Shown piece by piece: positions 10,901 to 25,900 of a stretch of 64,000 bases of DNA; position 1 is the stretch's first letter; each line of letters starts with the position of its first letter. The position numbers and the translations under genes are program-made. The notes beneath the pieces were generated by a model. That model was not told where the DNA came from, searched no databases, and was given only the letters and a program-made list of their open reading frames with translations. Source of the stretch: Bilabrum cf. latius (taxonomy: Eukaryota); contig OZ237735.1 in the NCBI GenBank assembly GCA_965178125.1, forward strand, positions 868,001 to 932,000, written 5' to 3'.

Positions 10901-13900
10901 CAACACATGACCGCTGCTGCCCACGTGCGCCGCGCCGCTACGCAGCACCAGCCCGCCCGACGGGCCGCCGGAGCTCACGCCCGATCCCACCGTCACCGAC
11001 CCAGACCCGGAGCTTGACGCAGACCCGGACTCCAGACTCACAGACCCAGACGACCCCTTCACGCCAGACCCAGACCCCACTGACACTGACCCAGACGTGC
11101 CCGACCCTGCAAGCCCGCTGCCCACTGTCACGCTCCCGCTCAGACCCGCCGTGGACTTGCCAGATACCACCGACACCGTGCCCGACGCTCCGTCAGACCC
11201 CACGCCATCCGCCGACCGCACCGTCACCAGCCCGCTCGTGGCCTCGCTGGCGCCCACGCCAGATGCCACGGACACCAGCCCGCCCGTGCTGGACGTGTCC
11301 GTCGACTCACCGCCGAACACGTACACCGACCCGCCCACGCCCGATGACGCCTTCGAAGACGTCACTGACACAGACCCAGACGCGCCCAGCGAGGACTCGC
11401 CGGCCGACAGCACCAGCCATCCCACAGACCCGGACCCCACGTTCCCGGACTCCACCAACACATGACCGCTGCTGCCCACGTGCGCCGCGCCGCTACGCAG
11501 CACCAGCCCGCCCGACGGGCCGCCGGAGCTCACGCCCGATCCCACCGTCACCGACCCAGACCCGGAGCTTGACGCAGACCCGGACTCCAGACTCACAGAC
11601 CCAGACGACCCCTTCACGCCAGACCCAGACCCCACTGACACTGACCCAGACGTGCCCGACCCTGCAAGCCCGCTGCCCACTGTCACGCTCCCGCTCAGAC
11701 CCGCCGTGGACTTGCCAGATACAACCGACACCGTGCCCGACGCTCCGTCAGACCCCACGCCATCCGCCGACCGCACCGTCACCAGCCCGCTCGTGGCCTC
11801 GCTGGCGCCCACGCCAGATGCCACGGACACCAGCCCGCCCGTGCTGGACGTGTCCGTCGACTCACCGCCGAACACGTACACCGACCCGCCCACGCCCGAT
11901 GACGCCTTCGAAGACGTCACTGACACAGATCCAGACGCGCCCAGCGAGGACTCGCCGGCCGACAGCACCAGCCATCCCACAGACCCGGACCCCACGTTCC
12001 CGGACTCCACCAACACATGACCGCTGCTGCCCACGTGCGCCGCGCCGCTACGCAGCACCAGCCCGCCCGACGGGCCGCCGGAGCTCACGCCCGATCCCAC
12101 CGTCACCGACCCAGACCCGGAGCTTGACGCAGACCCGGACTCCAGACTCACAGACCCAGACGACCCCTTCACGCCAGACCCAGACCCCACTGACACTGAC
12201 CCAGACGTGCCCGACCCTGCAAGCCCGCTGCCCACTGTCACGCTCCCGCTCAGACCCGCCGTGGACTTGCCAGATACCACCGACACCGTGCCCGACGCTC
12301 CGTCAGACCCCACGCCATCCGCCGACCGCACCGTCACCAGCCCGCTCGTGGCCTCGCTGGCGCCCACGCCAGATGCCACGGACACCAGCCCGCCCGTGCT
12401 GGACGTGTCCGCCGACTCACCGCCGAACACGTACACCGACCCGCCCACGCCCGATGACGCCTTCGAAGACGTCACTGACACAGACCCAGACGCGCCCAGC
12501 GAGGACTCGCCGGCCGACAGCACCAGCCATCCCACAGACCCGGACCCCACGTTCCCGGACTCCACCAACACATGACCGCTGCTGCCCACGTGCGCCGCGC
12601 CGCTACGCAGCACCAGCCCGCCCGACGGGCCGCCGGAGCTCACGCCCGATCCCACCGTCACCGACCCAGACCCGGAGCTTGACGCAGACCCGGACTCCAG
12701 ACTCACAGACCCAGACGACCCCTTCACGCCAGACCCAGACCCCACTGACACTGACCCAGACGTGCCCGACCCTGCAAGCCCGCTGCCCACTGTCACGCTC
12801 CCGCTCAGACCCGCCGTGGACTTGCCAGATACAACCGACACCGTGCCCGACGCTCCGTCAGACCCCACGCCATCCGCCGACCGCACCGTCACCAGCCCGC
12901 TCGTGGCCTCGCTGGCGCCCACGCCAGATGCCACGGACACCAGCCCGCCCGTGCTGGACGTGTCCGTCGACTCACCGCCGAACACGTACACCGACCCGCC
13001 CACGCCCGATGACGCCTTCGAAGACGTCACTGACACAGATCCAGACGCGCCCAGCGAGGACTCGCCGGCCGACAGCACCAGCCATCCCACAGACCCGGAC
13101 CCCACGTTCCCGGACTCCACCAACACATGACCGCTGCTGCCCACGTGCGCCGCGCCGCTACGCAGCACCAGCCCGCCCGACGGGCCGCCGGAGCTCACGC
13201 CCGATCCCACCGTCACCGACCCAGACCCGGAGCTTGACGCAGACCCGGACTCCAGACTCACAGACCCAGACGACCCCTTCACGCCAGACCCAGACCCCAC
13301 TGACACTGACCCGGACTCGCCCACCGTCGCAGACCCAGACCCCACTGACACTGACCCAGACGTGCCCGACCCTGCAAGCCCGCTGCCCACTGTCACGCTC
13401 CCGCTCAGACCTGCCGTGGACTTGCCAGTTACCACCGACACCGTGCCCGACGCTCCGTCAGACCCCACGCCATCCGCCGACCGCACCGTCACCAGCCCGC
13501 TCGTGGCCTCGCTGGCGCCCACGCCAGATGCCACGGACACCAGCCCGCCCGTGCTGGACGTGTCCGTCGACTCACCGCCGAACACGTACACCGACCCGCC
13601 CACGCCCGATGACGCCTTCGAAGACGTCACTGACACAGACCCAGACGCGCCCAGCGAGGACTCGCCGGCCGACAGCACCAGCCATCCCACAGACCCGGAC
13701 CCCACGTTCCCGGACTCCACCAACACATGACCGCTGCTGCCCACGTGCGCCGCGCCGCTACGCAGCACCAGCCCGCCCGACGGGCCGCCGGAGCTCACGC
13801 CCGATCCCACCGTCACCGACCCAGACCCGGAGCTTGACGCAGACCCGGACTCCAGACTCACAGACCCAGACGACCCCTTCACGCCAGACCCAGACCCCAC

Positions 13901-16900
13901 TGACACTGACCCAGACGTGCCCGACCCTGCAAGCCCGCTGCCCACTGTCACGCTCCCGCTCAGACCCGCCGTGGACTTGCCAGATACCACCGACACCGTG
14001 CCCGACGCTCCGTCAGACCCCACGCCATCCGCCGACCGCACCGTCACCAGCCCGCTCGTGGCCTCGCTGGCGCCCACGCCAGATGCCACGGACACCAGCC
14101 CGCCCGTGCTGGACGTGTCCGTCGACTCACCGCCGAACACGTACACCGACCCGCCCACGCCCGATGACGCCTTCGAAGACGTCACTGACACAGACCCAGA
14201 CGCGCCCAGCGAGGACTCGCCGGCCGACAGCACCAGCCATCCCACAGACCCGGACCCCACGTTCCCGGACTCCACCAACACATGACCGCTGCTGCCCACA
14301 TGCGCCGCGCCGCTACGCAGCACCAGCCCGCCCGACGGGCCGCCGGAGCTCACGCCCGATCCCACCGTCACCGACCCAGACCCGGAGCTTGACGCAGACC
14401 CGGACTCCAGACTCACAGACCCAGACGACCCCTTCACGCCAGACCCAGATGACACAGACACTGACCCGGACTCGCCCACCGTCGCAGACCCAGACCCCAC
14501 TGACACTGACCCAGACGTGCCCGAACCTGCAAGCCCGCTGCCCACTGTCACGCTTCCGCTCAGACCCGCCGTGGACTTGCCAGATACCACCGACACCGTG
14601 CCCGACGCTCCGGCAGACCCCACGCCATCCGCCGACCGCACCGTCACCAGCCCGCTCGTGGCCACGCTGGCGCCCACGCCAGATGCCACGGACACCAGCC
14701 CGCCCGTGCTCGACGTGTCCGTCGACTCACCGCCGAACACGTACACCGACCCGCCCACGCCCGATGACGCCTTCGAAGACGTCACTGACACAGATCCAGA
14801 CGCGCCCAGCGAGGACTCGCCGGCCGACAGCACCAGCCATCCCACAGACCCGGACCCCACGTTCCCGGACTCCACCAACACATGACCGCTGCTGCCCACA
14901 TGCGCCGCGCCGCTACGCAGCACCAGCCCGCCCGACGGGCCGCCGGAGCTCACGCCCGATCCCACCGTCACCGACCCAGACCCGGAGCTTGACGCAGACC
15001 CGGACTCCAGACTCACAGACCCAGACGACCCCTTCACGCCAGACCCAGACCCCACTGACACTGACCCGGACTCGCCCACCGTCGCAGACCCAGACCCCAC
15101 TGACACTGACCCAGACGTGCCCGACCCTGCAAGCCCGCTGCCCACTGTCACGCTCCCGCTCAGACCCGCCGTGGACTTGCCAGATACCACCGACACCGTG
15201 CCCGACGCTCCGTCAGACCCCACGCCATCCGCCGACCGCACCGTCACCAGCCCGCTCGTGGCCTCGCTGGCGCCCACGCCAGATGCCACGGACACCAGCC
15301 CGCCCGTGCTGGACGTGTCCGTCGACTCACCGCCGAACACGTACACCGACCCGCCCACGCCCGATGACGCCTTCGAAGACGTCACTGACACAGACCCAGA
15401 CGCGCCCAGCGAGGACTCGCCGGCCGACAGCACCAGCCATCCCACAGACCCGGACCCCACGTTCCCGGACTCCACCAACACATGACCGCTGCTGCCCACG
15501 TGCGCCGCGCCGCTACGCAGCACCAGCCCGCCCGACGGGCCGCCGGAGCTCACGCCCGATCCCACCGTCACCGACCCAGACCCGGAGCTTGACGCAGACC
15601 CGGACTCCAGACTCACAGACCCAGACGACCCCTTCACGCCAGACCCAGACCCCACTGACACTGACCCAGACGTGCCCGACCCTGCAAGCCCGCTGCCCAC
15701 TGTCACGCTCCCGCTCAGACCCGCCGTGGACTTGCCAGTTACCACCGACACCGTGCCCGACGCTCCGTCAGACCCCACGCCATCCGCCGACCGCACCGTC
15801 ACCAGCCCGCTCGTGGCCTCGCTGGCGCCCACGCCAGATGCCACGGACACCAGCCCGCCCGTGCTCGACGTGTCCGTCGACTCACCGCCGAACACGTACA
15901 CCGACCCGCCCACGCCCGATGACGCCTTCGAAGACGTCACTGACACAGACCCAGACGCGCCCAGCGAGGACTCGCCGGCCGACAGCACCAGCCATCCCAC
16001 AGACCCGGACCCCACGTTCCCGGACTCCACCAACACATGACCGCTGCTGCCCACGTGCGCCGCGCCGCTACGCAGCACCAGCCCGCCCGACGGGCCGCCG
16101 GAGCTCACGCCCGATCCCACCGTCACCGACCCAGACCCGGAGCTTGACGCAGACCCGGACTCCAGACTCACAGACCCAGACGACCCCTTCACGCCAGACC
16201 CAGACCCCACTGACACTGACCCAGACGTGCCCGACCCTGCAAGCCCGCTGCCCACTGTCACGCTCCCGCTCAGACCCGCCGTGGACTTGCCAGTTACCAC
16301 CGACACCGTGCCCGACGCTCCGTCAGACCCCACGCCATCCGCCGACCGCACCGTCACCAGCCCGCTCGTGGCCTCGCTGGCGCCCACGCCAGATGCCACG
16401 GACACCAGCCCGCCCGTGCTCGACGTGTCCGTCGACTCACCGCCGAACACGTACACCGACCCGCCCACGCCCGATGACGCCTTCGAAGACGTCACTGACA
16501 CAGACCCAGACGCGCCCAGCGAGGACTCGCCGGCCGACAGCACCAGCCATCCCACAGACCCGGACCCCACGTTCCCGGACTCCACCAACACATGACCGCT
16601 GCTGCCCACGTGCGCCGCGCCGCTACGCAGCACCAGCCTGCCCGTCGGGCCGCCGGAGCTCACGCCCGATCCCACCGTCACCGACCCAGACCCGGAGCTT
16701 GACGCAGACCCGGACTCCAGACTCACAGACCCAGACGACCCCTCCACGCCAGACCCAGACCCCACTGACACTGACCCGGACTCGCCCACCGTCGCAGACC
16801 CAGACCCCACTGACACTGACCCAGACGTGCCCGACCCTGCAAGCCCGCTGCCCACTGTCACGCTCCCGCTCAGACCTGCCGTGGACTTGCCAGATACAAC

Positions 16901-19900
16901 CGACACCGTGCCCGACGCTCCGTCAGACCCCACGCCATCCGCCGACCGCACCGTCACCAGCCCGCTCGTGGCCTCGCTGGCGCCCACGCCAGATGCCACG
17001 GACACCAGCCCGCCCGTGCTGGACGTGTCCGTCGACTCACCGCCGAACACGTACACCGACCCGCCCACGCCCGATGACGCCTTCGAAGACGTCACTGACA
17101 CAGACCCAGACGCGCCCAGCGAGGACTCGCCGGCCGACAGCACCAGCCATCCCACAGACCCGGACCCCACGTTCCCGGACTCCACCAACACATGACCGCT
17201 GCTGCCCACGTGCGCCGCGCCGCTACGCAGCACCAGCCCGCCCGACGGGCCGCCGGAGCTCACGCCCGATCCCACCGTCACCGACCCAGACCCGGAGCTT
17301 GACGCAGACCCGGACTCCAGACTCACAGACCCAGACGACCCCTTCACGCCAGACCCAGACCCCACTGACACTGACCCAGACGTGCCCGACCCTGCAAGCC
17401 CGCTGCCCACTGTCACGCTTCCGCTCAGACCCGCCGTGGACTTGCCAGTTACAACCGACACCGTGCCCGACGCTCCGTCAGACCCCACGCCATCCGCCGA
17501 CCGCACCGTCACCAGCCCGCTCGTGGCCTCGCTGGCGCCCACGCCAGATGCCACGGACACCAGCCCGCCCGTGCTGGACGTGTCCGTCGACTCACCGCCG
17601 AACACGTACACCGACCCGCCCACGCCCGATGACGCCTTCGAAGACGTCACTGACACAGACCCAGACGCGCCCAGCGAGGACTCGCCGGCCGACAGCACCA
17701 GCCATCCCACAGACCCGGACCCCACGTTCCCGGACTCCACCAACACATGACCGCTGCTGCCCACGTGCGCCGCGCCGCTACGCAGCACCAGCCCGCCCGA
17801 CGGGCCGCCGGAGCTCACGCCCGATCCCACCGTCACCGACCCAGACCCGGAGCTTGACGCAGACCCGGACTCCAGACTCACAGACCCAGACGACCCCTTC
17901 ACGCCAGACCCAGATGACACAGACACTGACCCGGATGACACAGACACTGACCCGGACTCGCCCACCGTCGCAGACCCAGACCCCACTGACACTGACCCAG
18001 ACGTGCCCGACCCTGCAAGCCCGCTGCCCACTGTCACGCTCCCGCTCAGACCCGCCGTGGACTTGCCAGATACAACCGACACCGTGCCCGACGCTCCGTC
18101 AGACCCCACGCCATCCGCCGACCGCACCGTCACCAGCCCGCTCGTGGCCACGCTGGCGCCCACGCCAGATGCCACGGACACCAGCCCGCCCGTGCTCGAC
18201 GTGTCCGTCGACTCACCGCCGAACACGTACACCGACCCGCCCACGCCCGATGACGCCTTCGAAGACGTCACTGACACAGACCCAGACGCGCCCAGCGAGG
18301 ACTCGCCGGCCGACAGCACCAGCCATCCCACAGACCCGGACCCCACGTTCCCGGACTCCACCAACACATGACCGCTGCTGCCCACGTGCGCCGCGCCGCT
18401 ACGCAGCACCAGCCCGCCCGACGGGCCGCCGGAGCTCACGCCCGATCCCACCGTCACCGACCCAGACCCGGAGCTTGACGCAGACCCGGACTCCAGACTC
18501 ACAGACCCAGACGACCCCTTCACGCCAGACCCAGATGACACTGACACTGACCCAGACGTGCCCGACGTCGCAGACCCAGACCCCACTGACACTGACCCAG
18601 ACGTGCCCGACCCTGCAAGCCCGCTGCCCACTGTCACGCTCCCGCTCAGACCCGCCGTGGACTTGCCAGATACCACCGACACCGTGCCCGACGCTCCGGC
18701 AGACCCCACGCCATCCGCCGACCGCACCGTCACCAGCCCGCTCGTGGCCTCGCTGGCGCCCACGCCAGATGCCACGGACACCAGCCCGCCCGTGCTGGAC
18801 GTGTCCGTCGACTCACCGCCGAACACGTACACCGACCCGCCCACGCCCGATGACGCCTTCGAAGACGTCACTGACACAGACCCAGACGCGCCCAGCGAGG
18901 ACTCGCCGGCCGACAGCACCAGCCATCCCACAGACCCGGACCCCACGTTCCCGGACTCCACCAACACATGACCGCTGCTGCCCACGTGCGCCGCGCCGCT
19001 ACGCAGCACCAGCCCGCCCGACGGGCCGCCGGAGCTCACGCCCGATCCCACCGTCACCGACCCAGACCCGGAGCTTGACGCAGACCCGGACTCCAGACTC
19101 ACAGACCCAGACGACCCCTTCACGCCAGACCCAGACCCCACTGACACTGATCCAGACGTGCCCGACCCTGCAAGCCCGCTGCCCACTGTCACGCTCCCGC
19201 TCAGACCCGCCGTGGACTTGCCAGTTACCACCGACACCGTGCCCGACGCTCCGTCAGACCCCACGCCATCCGCCGACCGCACCGTCACCAGCCCGCTCGT
19301 GGCCTCGCTGGCGCCCACGCCAGATGCCACGGACACCAGCCCGCCCGTGCTGGACGTGTCCGTCGACTCACCGCCGAACACGTACACCGACCCGCCCACG
19401 CCCGATGACGCCTTCGAAGACGTCACTGACACAGACCCAGACGCGCCCAGCGAGGACTCGCCGGCCGACAGCACCAGCCATCCCACAGACCCGGACCCCA
19501 CGTTCCCGGACTCCACCAACACATGACCGCTGCTGCCCACGTGCGCCGCGCCGCTACGCAGCACCAGCCCGCCCGACGGGCCGCCGGAGCTCACGCCCGA
19601 TCCCACCGTCACCGACCCAGACCCGGAGCTTGACGCAGACCCGGACTCCAGACTCACAGACCCAGACGACCCCTTCACGCCAGACCCAGATGACACTGAC
19701 ACTGACCCAGACGTGCCCGACCCTGCAAGCCCGCTGCCCACTGTCACGCTCCCGCTCAGACCCGCCGTGGACTTGCCAGATACCACCGACACCGTGCCCG
19801 ACGCTCCGGCAGACCCCACGCCATCCGCCGACCGCACCGTCACCAGCCCGCTCGTGGCCTCGCTGGCGCCCACGCCAGATGCCACGGACACCAGCCCGCC

Positions 19901-22900
19901 CGTGCTGGACGTGTCCGTCGACTCACCGCCGAACACGTACACCGACCCGCCCACGCCCGATGACGCCTTCGAAGACGTCACTGACACAGACCCAGACGCG
20001 CCCAGCGAGGACTCGCCGGCCGACAGCACCAGCCATCCCACAGACCCGGACCCCACGTTCCCGGACTCCACCAACACATGACCGCTGCTGCCCACGTGCG
20101 CCGCGCCGCTACGCAGCACCAGCCCGCCCGACGGGCCGCCGGAGCTCACGCCCGATCCCACCGTCACCGACCCAGACCCGGAGCTTGACGCAGACCCGGA
20201 CTCCAGACTCACAGACCCAGACGACCCCTTCACGCCAGACCCAGATGACACTGACACTGACCCAGACGTGCCCGACGTCGCAGACCCAGACCCCACTGAC
20301 ACTGACCCAGACGTGCCCGACCCTGCAAGCCCGCTGCCCACTGTCACGCTCCCGCTCAGACCCGCCGTGGACTTGCCAGATACCACCGACACCGTGCCCG
20401 ACGCTCCGGCAGACCCCACGCCATCCGCCGACCGCACCGTCACCAGCCCGCTCGTGGCCTCGCTGGCGCCCACGCCAGATGCCACGGACACCAGCCCGCC
20501 CGTGCTGGACGTGTCCGTCGACTCACCGCCGAACACGTACACCGACCCGCCCACGCCCGATGACGCCTTCGAAGACGTCACTGACACAGACCCAGACGCG
20601 CCCAGCGAGGACTCGCCGGCCGACAGCACCAGCCATCCCACAGACCCGGACCCCACGTTCCCGGACTCCACCAACACATGACCGCTGCTGCCCACGTGCG
20701 CCGCGCCGCTACGCAGCACCAGCCCGCCCGACGGGCCGCCGGAGCTCACGCCCGATCCCACCGTCACCGACCCAGACCCGGAGCTTGACGCAGACCCGGA
20801 CTCCAGACTCACAGACCCAGACGACCCCTTCACGCCAGACCCAGACCCCACTGACACTGACCCAGACGTGCCCGACCCTGCAAGCCCGCTGCCCACTGTC
20901 ACGCTCCCGCTCAGACCCGCCGTGGACTTGCCAGATACCACCGACACCGTGCCCGACGCTCCGTCAGACCCCACGCCATCCGCCGACCGCACCGTCACCA
21001 GCCCGCTCGTGGCCTCGCTGGCGCCCACGCCAGATGCCACGGACACCAGCCCGCCCGTGCTGGACGTGTCCGTCGACTCACCGCCGAACACGTACACCGA
21101 CCCGCCCACGCCCGATGACGCCTTCGAAGACGTCACTGACACAGACCCAGACGCGCCCAGCGAGGACTCGCCGGCCGACAGCACCAGCCATCCCACAGAC
21201 CCGGACCCCACGTTCCCGGACTCCACCAACACATGACCGCTGCTGCCCACGTGCGCCGCGCCGCTACGCAGCACCAGCCCGCCCGACGGGCCGCCGGAGC
21301 TCACGCCCGATCCCACCGTCACCGACCCAGACCCGGAGCTTGACGCAGACCCGGACTCCAGACTCACAGACCCAGACGACCCCTTCACGCCAGACCCAGA
21401 CCCCACTGACACTGACCCGGACTCGCCCACCGTCGCAGACCCAGACCCCACTGACACTGACCCAGACGTGCCCGACCCTGCAAGCCCGCTGCCCACTGTC
21501 ACGCTCCCGCTCAGACCCGCCGTGGACTTGCCAGATACCACCGACACCGTGCCCGACGCTCCGTCAGACCCCACGCCATCCGCCGACCGCACCGTCACCA
21601 GCCCGCTCGTGGCCTCGCTGGCGCCCGCGCCAGATGCCACGGACACCAGCCCGCCCGTGCTGGACGTGTCCGTCGACTCACCGCCGAACACGTACACCGA
21701 CCCGCCCACGCCCGATGACGCCTTCGAAGACGTCACTGACACAGACCCAGACGCGCCCAGCGAGGACTCGCCGGCCGACAGCACCAGCCATCCCACAGAC
21801 CCGGACCCCACGTTCCCGGACTCCACCAACACATGACCGCTGCTGCCCACGTGCGCCGCGCCGCTACGCAGCACCAGCCCGCCCGACGGGCCGCCGGAGC
21901 TCACGCCCGATCCCACCGTCACCGACCCAGACCCGGAGCTTGACGCAGACCCGGACTCCAGACTCACAGACCCAGACGACCCCTTCACGCCAGACCCAGA
22001 CCCCACTGACACTGACCCGGACTCGCCCACCGTCGCAGACCCAGACCCCACTGACACTGACCCAGACGTGCCCGACCCTGCAAGCCCGCTGCCCACTGTC
22101 ACGCTCCCGCTCAGACCCGCCGTGGACTTGCCAGATACCACCGACACCGTGCCCGACGCTCCGTCAGACCCCACGCCATCCGCCGACCGCACCGTCACCA
22201 GCCCGCTCGTGGCCTCGCTGGCGCCCACGCCAGATGCCACGGACACCAGCCCGCCCGTGCTGGACGTGTCCGTCGACTCACCGCCGAACACGTACACCGA
22301 CCCGCCCACGCCCGATGACGCCTTCGAAGACGTCACTGACACAGATCCAGACGCGCCCAGCGAGGACTCGCCGGCCGACAGCACCAGCCATCCCACAGAC
22401 CCGGACCCCACGTTCCCGGACTCCACCAACACATGACCGCTGCTGCCCACGTGCGCCGCGCCGCTACGCAGCACCAGCCCGCCCGACGGGCCGCCGGAGC
22501 TCACGCCCGATCCCACCGTCACCGACCCAGACCCGGAGCTTGACGCAGACCCGGACTCCAGACTCACAGACCCAGACGACCCCTTCACGCCAGACCCAGA
22601 CCCCACTGACACTGACCCGGACTCGCCCACCGTCGCAGACCCAGACCCCACTGACACTGACCCAGACGTGCCCGACCCTGCAAGCCCGCTGCCCACTGTC
22701 ACGCTCCCGCTCAGACCCGCCGTGGACTTGCCAGATACCACCGACACCGTGCCCGACGCTCCGTCAGACCCCACGCCATCCGCCGACCGCACCGTCACCA
22801 GCCCGCTCGTGGCCTCGCTGGCGCCCACGCCAGATGCCACGGACACCAGCCCGCCCGTGCTGGACGTGTCCGTCGACTCACCGCCGAACACGTACACCGA

Positions 22901-25900
22901 CCCGCCCACGCCCGATGACGCCTTCGAAGACGTCACTGACACAGACCCAGACGCGCCCAGCGAGGACTCGCCGGCCGACAGCACCAGCCATCCCACAGAC
23001 CCGGACCCCACGTTCCCGGACTCCACCAACACATGACCGCTGCTGCCCACGTGCGCCGCGCCGCTACGCAGCACCAGCCCGCCCGACGGGCCGCCGGAGC
23101 TCACGCCCGATCCCACCGTCACCGACCCAGACCCGGAGCTTGACGCAGACCCGGACTCCAGACTCACAGACCCAGACGACCCCTTCACGCCAGACCCAGA
23201 CCCCACTGACACTGACCCAGACGTGCCCGACCCTGCAAGCCCGCTGCCCACTGTCACGCTCCCGCTCAGACCCGCCGTGGACTTGCCAGATACCACCGAC
23301 ACCGTGCCCGACGCTCCGTCAGACCCCACGCCATCCGCCGACCGCACCGTCACCAGCCCGCTCGTGGCCTCGCTGGCGCCCGCGCCAGATGCCACGGACA
23401 CCAGCCCGCCCGTGCTGGACGTGTCCGTCGACTCACCGCCGAACACGTACACCGACCCGCCCACGCCCGATGACGCCTTCGAAGACGTCACTGACACAGA
23501 CCCAGACGCGCCCAGCGAGGACTCGCCGGCCGACAGCACCAGCCATCCCACAGACCCGGACCCCACGTTCCCGGACTCCACCAACACATGACCGCTGCTG
23601 CCCACGTGCGCCGCGCCGCTACGCAGCACCAGCCCGCCCGACGGGCCGCCGGAGCTCACGCCCGATCCCACCGTCACCGACCCAGACCCGGAGCTTGACG
23701 CAGACCCGGACTCCAGACTCACAGACCCAGACGACCCCTTCACGCCAGACCCAGACCCCACTGACACTGACCCGGACTCGCCCACAGTCGCAGACCCAGA
23801 CCCCACTGACACTGACCCAGACGTGCCCGAACCTGCAAGCCCGCTGCCCACTGTCACGCTCCCGCTCAGACCCGCCGTGGACTTGCCAGATACCACCGAC
23901 ACCGTGCCCGACGCTCCGTCAGACCCCACGCCATCCGCCGACCGCACCGTCACCAGCCCGCTCGTGGCCTCGCTGGCGCCCACGCCAGATGCCACGGACA
24001 CCAGCCCGCCCGTGCTGGACGTGTCCGTCGACTCACCGCCGAACACGTACACCGACCCGCCCACGCCCGATGACGCCTTCGAAGACGTCACTGACACAGA
24101 TCCAGACGCGCCCAGCAAGGACTCGCCGGCCGACAGCACCAGCCATCCCACAGACCCGGACCCCACGTTCCCGGACTCCACCAACACATGACCGCTGCTG
24201 CCCACGTGCGCCGCGCCGCTACGCAGCACCAGCCCGCCCGACGGGCCGCCGGAGCTCACGCCCGATCCCACCGTCACCGACCCAGACCCGGAGCTTGACG
24301 CAGACCCGGACTCCAGACTCACAGACCCAGACGACCCCTTCACGCCAGACCCAGATGACACAGACACTGACCCAGACGTGCCCGACCCTGCAAGCCCGCT
24401 GCCCACTGTCACGCTTCCGCTCAGACCCGCCGTGGACTTGCCAGATACCACCGACACCGTGCCCGACGCTCCGTCAGACCCCACGCCATCCGCCGACCGC
24501 ACCGTCACCAGCCCGCTCGTGGCCTCGCTGGCGCCCACGCCAGATGCCACGGACACCAGCCCGCCCGTGCTGGACGTGTCCGTCGACTCACCGCCGAACA
24601 CGTACACCGACCCGCCCACGCCCGATGACGCCTTCGAAGACGTCACTGACACAGACCCAGACGCGCCCAGCGAGGACTCGCCGGCCGACAGCACCAGCCA
24701 TCCCACAGACCCGGACCCCACGTTCCCGGACTCCACCAACACATGACCGCTGCTGCCCACGTGCGCCGCGCCGCTACGCAGCACCAGCCCGCCCGACGGG
24801 CCGCCGGAGCTCACGCCCGATCCCACCGTCACCGACCCAGACCCGGAGCTTGACGCAGACCCGGACTCCAGACTCACAGACCCAGACGACCCCTTCACGC
24901 CAGACCCAGACCCCACTGACACTGACCCGGACTCGCCCACAGTCGCAGACCCAGACCCCACTGACACTGACCCAGACGTGCCCGACCCTGCAAGCCCGCT
25001 GCCCACTGTCACGCTCCCGCTCAGACCCGCCGTGGACTTGCCAGATACAACCGACACCGTGCCCGACGCTCCGTCAGACCCCACGCCATCCGCCGACCGC
25101 ACCGTCACCAGCCCGCTCGTGGCCTCGCTGGCGCCCACGCCAGATGCCACGGACACCAGCCCGCCCGTGCTGGACGTGTCCGTCGACTCACCGCCGAACA
25201 CGTACACCGACCCGCCCACGCCCGATGACGCCTTCGAAGACGTCACTGACACAGACCCAGACGCGCCCAGCGAGGACTCGCCGGCCGACAGCACCAGCCA
25301 TCCCACAGACCCGGACCCCACGTTCCCGGACTCCACCAACACATGACCGCTGCTGCCCACGTGCGCCGCGCCGCTACGCAGCACCAGCCCGCCCGACGGG
25401 CCGCCGGAGCTCACGCCCGATCCCACCGTCACCGACCCAGACCCGGAGCTTGACGCAGACCCGGACTCCAGACTCACAGACCCAGACGACCCCTTCACGC
25501 CAGACCCAGACCCCACTGACACTGACCCAGACGTGCCCGACCCTGCAAGCCCGCTGCCCACTGTCACGCTCCCGCTCAGACCCGCCGTGGACTTGCCAGA
25601 TACAACCGACACCGTGCCCGACGCTCCGGCAGACCCCACGCCATCCGCCGACCGCACCGTCACCAGCCCGCTCGTGGCCACGCTGGCGCCCACGCCAGAT
25701 GCCACGGACACCAGCCCGCCCGTGCTGGACGTGTCCGCCGACTCACCGCCGAACACGTACACCGACCCGCCCACGCCCGATGACGCCTTCGAAGACGTCA
25801 CTGACACAGACCCAGACGCGCCCAGCGAGGACTCGCCGGCCGACAGCACCAGCCATCCCACAGACCCGGACCCCACGTTCCCGGACTCCACCAACACATG